Assembly: GCA_963789955.1 (NCBI GenBank)
Contig: CAWBMV010000001.1
Coordinates: 384,001 to 448,000 of the forward strand
Reading direction: 5' to 3'
DNA: 64,000 nt
Source: an uncultured Candidatus Rokubacteria bacterium
GTDB lineage: Bacteria; Methylomirabilota; Methylomirabilia; Rokubacteriales; CSP1-6
The position numbers and the translations under genes were made by a program. The notes beneath the pieces were generated by a model. That model searched no databases, had not been told where the DNA came from, and worked only from the letters and a program-made list of their open reading frames with translations. This document shows positions 22,251 to 29,798 of the stretch, piece by piece (the first letter of the stretch is position 1; every line of letters begins with the position of its first letter).

Positions 22251-22254
22251 CCGG

Positions 22255-23855
22255 ATGCCGCCGACCACCGGCGCCTTTGCCGTCGTTTCGCTGCTGCTTG
22301 TCCTCGCCGTGTCGGCCGCCAATCCGGCCGAGGGGCCGGTCGCGCCCAGCCGCCGTCGGCGACGGTCGACACGGCGATGGCCGAGCCGTCGGGCCGCACC
22401 ATCGCCGTGCCAGCGGGCGGCGATCTACAGACGGCGCTCGACCATGCCAAGCCGGGCGACGTCGTCACGCTCGAGCCCGGCGCGGTCTATCGAGGACCGT
22501 TCACGTTGCCGAAGAAGTCCGGCTCCGGCTGGATCGTCATTCGCACCCGCCGGTGACGGAGATTCCTCCAGCGGGGACACGGATCGATCCGTCGTCAGGC
22601 CCGCGCTCATGCCGAAGCTCGTGGCCTCGATCCGGCTCGGTCGTTCGGACCGCGCCGGGCGCGCATCACTACCGCTTCGTCGGGCTCGAGATCCAGCCGG
22701 CCGAGGGCGTCTTTCTCTACAACCTCGTCGAGCTCGGGTCCGCCGAGACCTCGGCGGACGCGCTGCCGCACCACGTGATCGTCGACCGGTGCTTCATCCA
22801 CGGGGACCCGCGCCGCGGAACTCGACGCGGCATGGCGCTCAACGCCGCGCACGGCGCGGTGATCGACTCGTACGTCGCCGATTTCAAGGAAGCCGGGGCA
22901 GACTCGCAGGCGATCGCGGGCTGGAACGGGCCCGGCCCCTTCAAGATCGTCAACAACTACCTCGAGGGCGCGGGCGAGAACATCATGTTCGGCGGGGCCG
23001 ATCCGTCGATCCGCGACCTCGTGCCCTCCGATATCGAGGTCCTGCGCAACCACGTCGCCAAATCCCTGGCCTGGAAGGCCGGCGAGCCCGGGTACGCGGG
23101 CACCGCCTGGACCGTGAAGAACCTGTTCGAGCTCAAGAACGCGCGGCGCGTGCTCGTCGAAGGCAATCTCTTCGAGAACAACTGGGTCCAGGCCCAGATC
23201 GGCTTCGCGATGCGTCCTGACCGTGCGCAATCAGGACGGGCGCGCGCCGTGGTCAGTCGTCGAGGATGTGACCTTCGTCAACAACGTGGTGCGGGCCTCG
23301 ACGTCTGGCGTGAACATCCTCGGCCGCGACGACAACCACCCGAGCCAGCCGACGAAGCGCATCGTGATCCGGAACAACCTCTTCGTCGACGTCGGCGGAC
23401 CTCGCTGGGGTGGCGAGGGGAGGCTCTTCCAGATCGTCGACGGCACAGCATCTGTCGTCATCGACCACAACACGGCGATCCACGCCGGCAGCATCATCAT
23501 CGCCGAAGGACCGCCCCACCGCGACTTCGTCTTCACCGACAACATCGTCGCGCACAACACGTACGGCATCGCCGGCACCGACGTTGGGACCGGAACTCAG
23601 GCCCTGGACGCGCTGTTCCCCGGCGCCGTGGTGCGCCGCAACGTGATCGTCGGCGGAAGCTCGGCACAGTATCCGCGCGACAACTTCTTCGTCGGCTCCT
23701 GGGCGCAGGTCAAGTTCGAGGACCTGTCCCAGGGCCGGCTTCGTCTGACCGATGGCAGCCCCTTTCGACGCGCCGGCCTGGACGGGACCGACGTCGGCGT
23801 CGACGACCACACGTTGCGGGAGTCCGTCCGCCCAGGAGGTGATGGCCGCCGATAG
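22255..23855 (+). CDS. Secreted right-handed beta-helix protein (pectin-lyase-like fold), frameshifted
   Basis: Signal-peptide-like MPPTTGAFAVVSLLLVLAVSAA; Asn-ladder repeats; DSQAIAGWNGPGPFKIVNNYLEGAGENIMFGGADP nearly identical to the paralog at 29795-32506. Confidence 0.8.
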
Positions 23856-23918
23856 AGCCGGACAGCGCGCCAGTCCCAGCCCCGCGGCGCTGCTCCAGCC
23901 GTTCCTGGCCCACCTGCA

Positions 23919-24128
23919 ATGATCGCGAGAGACAAGGTTGCGGCGTTTCTGCTGGCCCATCGGGGCCGGTTCTTCTGCGAGCGATGCCTCGGCCGCGCGG
24001 TCGGGATCGACCCGTCCACCGGGCACCGCGCAGCGACGCGGATCGCGCGCGCCGGCGGGTTCGTCCGTGAGTACGGCGTGTGCTCGGAGTGCGGCGAGAG
24101 CCGTCTGGTGACACGCGCGCCCTGCTGA
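23919..24128 (+). CDS. Small putative zinc-binding protein (2x CxxC)
   Basis: 69 aa; FCERC...CSECG; fills an intergenic gap. Confidence 0.6.
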   Translation: MIARDKVAAFLLAHRGRFFCERCLGRAVGIDPSTGHRAATRIARAGGFVREYGVCSECGESRLVTRAPC

Positions 24129-24253
24129 GTTGCCTCTCCGGACTTTCCCTGCGCCGATCCCGGGCTTCCCCGTATTGGCCCTCGGTCGTCGTCCCGTACT
24201 GTGGAACCGGGCGCGGCGGAGGCGCTCCAGAGGCGGAGCATTGGTGAGCTTTG

Positions 24254-26105
24254 ATGGCGACAGTAGCCGGTCGGCGGGCTGAATCTCGGGTAGACGTCGA
24301 CGACGCCGCCCGCCCCCTGGCATGGCCCTCGCTGCCGCGGACGACATGGAAGCTCGTGGCCCTCGCCGGGGTCTACTTCGTCGCCGGAAAGCTCGGGCTC
24401 TCGCTCGCCTTCGTCCACGCCAGCGCGACGGCCGTGTGGCCGCCGACGGGCATCGCGCTGGCGGCGCTCCTCCTGTACGGCAATCATATGTGGCCCGCGG
24501 TCTTCCTCGGCGCGTTCCTGGTGAACGTGACGACGGCCGGATCGATCGCGTCGTCCCTCGGCATCGCCGCCGGCAACACCCTCGAGGCGCTCCTGGGCGT
24601 CTGGCTGGTCAAGCGCTGGGCCGGCGGCCGCGAGGTCTTTCTCCGCGCTCGGAGCTTCTTCGCGTTCGCGCTGCTGGCGGGGGGTGTCGCGACGGCCGTG
24701 AGCGCGAGCCTCGGCGTGACCAGCCTGGCGCTCGCCGGGCTGGCTCACTGGCCACGCTTCGGCGAGATCTGGCTGACGTGGTGGCTGGGCGACATGGCGG
24801 GAGCGCTCGTGGTGGCGCCGGTCCTCTTCCTGTGGGCGGCGCCGGATCGGACGAGGCGGCTCACGCGACCAGGAGCGATCGAGCTCGCACTGGTGCTGGC
24901 GTCGGTCGTCCTCGTCGGCGCCTTCGTGTTCGATGGGCTCGCCCCCGCACGGATGAGCGGCTATCCGCTCGAGTTTCTCTGCGTCCCACCCCTCGTGTAC
25001 GCCGCGTTTCGCTTCGGCCAGCGCGATGCCGCGACGTGCGTGGCGCTGCTCGCCGCCCTGGCGATCCTGGGCACCCTGGGGGGCCACGGCCCGTTCGCGC
25101 GCGACTCGCCAGAACGAGTCCCTGCTCCTGCTGCAAGCGTTCCTGGTGACCCTGACGATCGTGACGATTCCCCTGGCGGCTGTTGTTCGCGAGCACGCGC
25201 GCAGCCAGACGGCGCTCGCCAGCACCGCGGCCATCGTGGCCTCCTCGGACGACGCCATCATCGGCAAGACGCTCGACGGCATCATCACCTCCTGGAACGA
25301 GGGGGCCGAGCGGCTCTACGGCTACACGGCGGGCGAAGCCGTTGGGCGGCCGATCTCGTTAGTCATCCCCCCCGACCTCGGCCACGAGCTGCCGGAGATC
25401 CTCGATCAGCTCCGGCGGGGCGAGCGGATCGAGCACTTCGAGACCGTGCGGCTGGCCAAGAGAGGCCGCCGCATCGACGTGTCGGTCACGGTCTCGCCGG
25501 TCCGGGACGCGAGCGATCGGATCATCGGCGCCTCGTCGATCGCGCGCGACATCACCCATCGCAAGCAGATCGAGGCGACGCGGCGCGAGCGCGACACCTT
25601 GCGCTCGGTCGCGAGCCTGGCCGCGGGCGCGGCGCACGAGATCAACAACCCGCTGGCGGTCGTCATGGGGCAGGTGCAGCTCCTGACCGACGAGGTCGTC
25701 GGGCCTTCACGCCAGCGCATCGCCGAGATCCTCGAGGCGATCGATCGAATTCGCGCGATCGTCGCCCGCATGCGGCACCTGACGCGCGTCGAGCTCATGG
25801 AGGACGTCCCCGGTCTTCCGCCGATGCTGGACCTCAGACGATCGAGCGAGACGGAGGCCGACGAACGATCGGCCGCCGGCGGCGGCTGTATCGTCATCGT
25901 CGCGCGCGGGAGGCCGGCGCGCTACGAGAGTCTCCACAGCATGTTCGCCGGCCCCACCACCGACGTGATCGTCGATCGGCGGATGGGCGAGCGGCGTCGC
26001 TCGGCGGCCGATGCGGCGGGCGGGCGGCGGCGGAACAGCCGGCGCCAGCGTGATATCAGTACCGATCTTCGGACGCGCGGCTGGGCGCTGGTGATGCGCT
26101 CGTAG
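24254..26105 (+). CDS. MASE1-PAS-HisKA sensor protein lacking the HATPase domain, with C-terminal (D/E)RR domain; one frameshift near 25110
   Basis: VWPPTGIALAA and WLTWWLGD (MASE1); SSDDAIIGKTLDGIITSWNEGAERLYGY (PAS); AAHEINNPL (H-box); no N/G1/F/G2 boxes. Confidence 0.8.
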
Positions 26106-26275
26106 GGGTCCGTGAGGGTTTCGCCGCTGTCAGATTCCTGAAGCGCACTGTCATCTCGTCGACTCCACGCGGCTCCGACGTGTCTCCCCGCGCCCTCGGC
26201 CCGATCGCTCGGCTCCCGCCGATGCGACGCAATTTCCAGATCTTCAACCCATTGCCGGCGCGGCCCCGCGGCGAA

Positions 26276-26290
26276 TGGCATCATCGATGC
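26276..26290 (+). promoter_or_regulatory. Sigma54-like -24/-12 promoter
   Basis: TGGCAT-CATCG-ATGC, 26 nt before the ATG at 26316. Confidence 0.55.
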
Positions 26291-26315
26291 TCTCGCTTGC
26301 CCGGAAGGCACGACA

Positions 26316-27923
26316 ATGAACATGGATTCACGAGAACGACCGCAGGGAGAGTTCATGGTGCCGGAGCCGTTCCGCGACGCCAGGATCCTCATCGTCGACG
26401 ACGAGCGGTCGATGGTGCGTCTCCTGGAGGAGCTGCTCGGCCACGCCGGCTATCGGCACCTCCGGAGCACGAGCGACTCACGCGAGGTGCTCGGGCTCTG
26501 CGCCGAGTTCCAGCCCGATGTGATCCTGCTGGATCTGCGCATGCCCAACCTCGACGGCGTTCAGGTGCTGCGAGGCCTCAAGCCGCGGCGGGCCGAGGCC
26601 TATCTGCCCGTGCTCGTGCTGACCGCCGACGTATCGCGCGAGAGCAAGCGAGCGGCGCTCGACGCCGGCGCGAGCGATTTCGTCACCAAGCCCTTCGAGC
26701 AGATCGAGCTGCTCCTGCGCGTGCGCAATCTGATCGAGATGCGATTTCTCCACAAGGACCTTCGCCGGCAGAACGAAGACCTGGAAACGCAGGTCGAGGA
26801 GCGCACGCATCAGCTGCTCGAAGCCGAGAAGCTCGCGACGATGGGAAATCTCCTCGCCGGCGTCGCCCACGAGCTCAACAGCCCGCTGTCGGTCATTCTC
26901 GGGCAGGTCGGCCTGTTCAAGACCACCGGCGTCGATCCCAACGCGCGGGCCCGCGTCAAGGACATCGGCGAGGCCGCCGAGCGCTGCGTGCGAATCGTTC
27001 GCAGCTTCCTGACGATGGCCCGACGCCATCCGCCGGAGCGGGGACACGTGTCGCTGAATCACCTGCTGAGAGACGTGGTGGAGCTTCTGGCCTTCGAGCT
27101 CCGCATCGCGAACGTCGAGGTCGAGTTCGACCTCGAGAAGGATCTGCCGCTGGTGTGGGCCGATGCGCATCAGCTCAAGCAGGTCGTCGTGAACCTGGTC
27201 ACGAATGCGCGGCAGGCGGTGCAGGACGCGGCCCCGCCACGCCGCTTGACGCTCAGGACGCGCCACGACGCGGACAACCAGCGAGTGCGGATCGAGGTCG
27301 CCGACAGCGGCCCGGGAGTTTCGCGCGAGATTCGCGCGCGGGTCTTCGACCCGTTCTTCACGACCAAACCCGACGGCGAGGGCACCGGGCTCGGGTTGGC
27401 GCTGGCCCGCGGCATCGTCGAGGGCCACGGCGGCGCGATCGCCGTCGAGTCGTCACCGGGGGAAGGCGCCAGGTTCGTCATCGAGCTGCCCGTGGGCACA
27501 CCACCGGGAGCCGCCGACGAGCGCGACGACCTCGTCGCCGCGTCGCCGGTGCCGGGCAAGAGCATCCTGGTCGTCGACGACGAGCCGGCCGTCGCGTCGC
27601 TGCTGGCCGAGGCGCTGGCGCGGGACGGCTACAAGGTCGACATGGCCTCGAACGGCGCGGTCGCGCTGCGCATGCTCGGGGCCCGTGACTACGACCTGAT
27701 CATGAGCGACAGCGGTATGCCCGTGCTGAGCGGGCCGGAGCTCTATCGCGAGGTCGAGCGTCGCGAGCCGCGTTTGTCCCGGCGGTTCGTCTTCGTCACC
27801 GGGGACATCCTGAATCCGCGAACGCAGGCGTTCCTGACCCGGACCGGCGCGCCGCAGCTCGAGAAGCCGTTCACTGTCGAGAGCGTCAAGCGCGTCGTCC
27901 GACGCGCGCTCCTCGCCGAGTAG
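26316..27923 (+). CDS. Cytoplasmic hybrid histidine kinase (REC-HisKA-HATPase-REC)
   Basis: ILIVDD/LLDLRMP receiver, GVAHELNSPL, NLVTNARQA, DSGPG, FDPFFTTK, GTGLGL, second receiver at the C-terminus. Confidence 0.93.
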   Translation: MNMDSRERPQGEFMVPEPFRDARILIVDDERSMVRLLEELLGHAGYRHLRSTSDSREVLGLCAEFQPDVILLDLRMPNLDGVQVLRGLKPRRAEAYLPVLVLTADVSRESKRAALDAGASDFVTKPFEQIELLLRVRNLIEMRFLHKDLRRQNEDLETQVEERTHQLLEAEKLATMGNLLAGVAHELNSPLSVILGQVGLFKTTGVDPNARARVKDIGEAAERCVRIVRSFLTMARRHPPERGHVSLNHLLRDVVELLAFELRIANVEVEFDLEKDLPLVWADAHQLKQVVVNLVTNARQAVQDAAPPRRLTLRTRHDADNQRVRIEVADSGPGVSREIRARVFDPFFTTKPDGEGTGLGLALARGIVEGHGGAIAVESSPGEGARFVIELPVGTPPGAADERDDLVAASPVPGKSILVVDDEPAVASLLAEALARDGYKVDMASNGAVALRMLGARDYDLIMSDSGMPVLSGPELYREVERREPRLSRRFVFVTGDILNPRTQAFLTRTGAPQLEKPFTVESVKRVVRRALLAE

Positions 27924-27938
27924 CCGGCCGACCGCCGG

Positions 27939-28619
27939 CTAGACCTTCCACCCCCACCGGACCGCCGAGCGGTAGAGCCAGCCGGTGCGGGATCTGAGCA
28001 TTGCCATGCCCCGTGCCCCTTTGAAGGCGTCGAACGTGACGAGCCGCCCTTGAGGCGCCAGCGCCCCGAGATCGAGATGGAAGCGGAACCAGATCGTGCC
28101 GAAGAGGCCGATCGCCGCCACCGAGCGCGCCGAGTCGAACATCAGCACGTGCCAGTTGGCCGACGGCGACTGCCGGGCCGGAGTGACCTCCCAGCAGGGT
28201 GGCCAGAGCTCGGCGTCGTCGTTCATCAGGTGGCGGCGGAGCTTCTCGGCCGGAGGGCTCGAGAGGATGGTCTGGCCGAGCTCGAGCAAGAGATAGCAAT
28301 AGAGGATCTTCGCCGCCGCCCGGTAGGCGCGGCGCCAGTCGTCTGGTGACGCGTCCGCGGGCGGTTGGTCGGGTGCCGGGCGCGACCGACCATGCGCGCG
28401 ACGCCGGGGAGATTTGGCCGTCATCGCCGCGACCGTGAGCGCGAACCGTGTCGCGAGAAAATCGTCGGTCAGCCCCCGCACACGGGCCGCGCAGTCGGGA
28501 CAGGTGGCGCGCTTCAGCGCGAGCCGGCCCCCCAGGGCGACCGGCAAGACGGGCTCGGCGGTCAGAGACGCGGCTCTGAAGACGGTGCGGCAATAGATGC
28601 AGGCGCGCTGGCGTGTCAT
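27939..28619 (-). CDS. HNH-like zinc-finger protein with degenerate catalytic residues
   Basis: CIYC...TAEPVLPVALGG...CPDC resembles the CIYC..EH.IP..LGG..C..CN pattern. Confidence 0.55.
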   Translation of the reverse strand: MTRQRACIYCRTVFRAASLTAEPVLPVALGGRLALKRATCPDCAARVRGLTDDFLATRFALTVAAMTAKSPRRRAHGRSRPAPDQPPADASPDDWRRAYRAAAKILYCYLLLELGQTILSSPPAEKLRRHLMNDDAELWPPCWEVTPARQSPSANWHVLMFDSARSVAAIGLFGTIWFRFHLDLGALAPQGRLVTFDAFKGARGMAMLRSRTGWLYRSAVRWGWKV

Positions 28620-28647
28620 CGATTCGCCTTTCAGCGCCGGTGGAGGT

Positions 28648-28662
28648 GCACGGCAAATGCCA
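28648..28662 (-). promoter_or_regulatory. Sigma54-like -24/-12 promoter
   Basis: Minus strand TGGCAT-TTGCC-GTGC upstream of 28619. Confidence 0.55.
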
Positions 28663-28899
28663 CGGGCACGACGGCGGCAGAGCGGTGCCGTCGTGAAAAC
28701 CCAAGATCTGGAAATCGCGCGGCACTCACCGAGGCTCGGCGCGCGAGGACAGCGGGATCGGCGAGACGTCGCGGCGCGAAACGTGACAGCTCGGCGCGGG
28801 CGGCGACGAGGCGTTGCTCAATCTGGCAACTCGGTGTCGCGCGGTCTCGCGCTCTCCGGCGGCGCCGAAGCGGGCTTCAGGTTCCTGTGGCCGTTTGCG

Positions 28900-29798
28900 A
28901 CGGCGGGAGTCCCGATCCGCGGCGACCGATTCCCGTCGCTCGACGGATTTCGCGCGATCTCGATCGGGCTCGTCCTCTTGCGACATCTGCTCGGGACCAA
29001 GGGGTTCTTCCTGTCGGTCGACGCCAACAAGCACCTCGCCCTGGGCGAGCTCGGGGTCCGTTGATTCTGGCCCTCGTCGCTGCCGAGCTAGCGCGGTGGA
29101 TCGTGCTCGGTTCTATCTTCTAGGGCCGGCGCTCCTCGGCCTGCTGGGTGGCCGGCGCGCCATCTGGGTCGCCGCCCTGTTCGTGCTCGCGGCCCCGCTG
29201 ATCCGGCTGGGGCTCTGGGAATTCACCGTGTTGGCCCGCGACGGCGTGGGCCACCGGTTCGAGACGATCGCGGACTCGATCGCCATCGGGTGCGTGCTTC
29301 GGGCGCGCGGTCATGGCTGCACCGGCAGCCGCTCTATCGCCGCGTGCTCGCCTCGCCGTGGCTCCTGCTGGCCCCCGTGATCATGGTGCTGTCCGGCGCG
29401 CTCGGCCAGCATCCGCGGATCGACTTCTTCGTCGGCTTCACGCTCCGGAACGTGCTGGTCGCGCTCTGCATCGACCGCTGGGTCACCTATCCCGCCGGCC
29501 CGGTGGGACGCGTCCTGAACTCGCGGCCGTTCGTCTTCGTCGGGTGATCAGCTACTCGATCTATCTCTGGCAGCAGCTGTTCCGCAATCGGTATGCGACG
29601 TCGCTCCCGATGAGCTTCCCGCTGAACATCGTCCTGGCGATCGCGGCCGCGCTGGCCTCGTACTATCTCGTCGAGCGCCCCTCGCTGCGCCTGCGCCAGC
29701 GGATCGACCGGGCGCTCTTCCCGGCCCGCGCCGGCGCCGCGCGAGCCGAGTCCCGGACGCTCCACCCCGAGGCGGAGCGTCCGGCGTCGGCTGCCTAG
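28900..29798 (+). pseudogene. OafA/YrhL-type acyltransferase-3 remnant (internal deletion, stop and frameshifts)
   Basis: FPSLDGFRAISI..H and GELGVR, then a stop; jumps to FYLLGP; ends ISYSIYLWQQ...ASYYLVERP. The FFVISGF/RR..RI/WSL region is missing; start approximate. Confidence 0.75.

Noticed and set aside
11396..23220. Programmed frameshifting or phase variation in EPS genes
   Set aside because: Indels are too many, scattered and not at slippery tracts; sequencing error is more parsimonious
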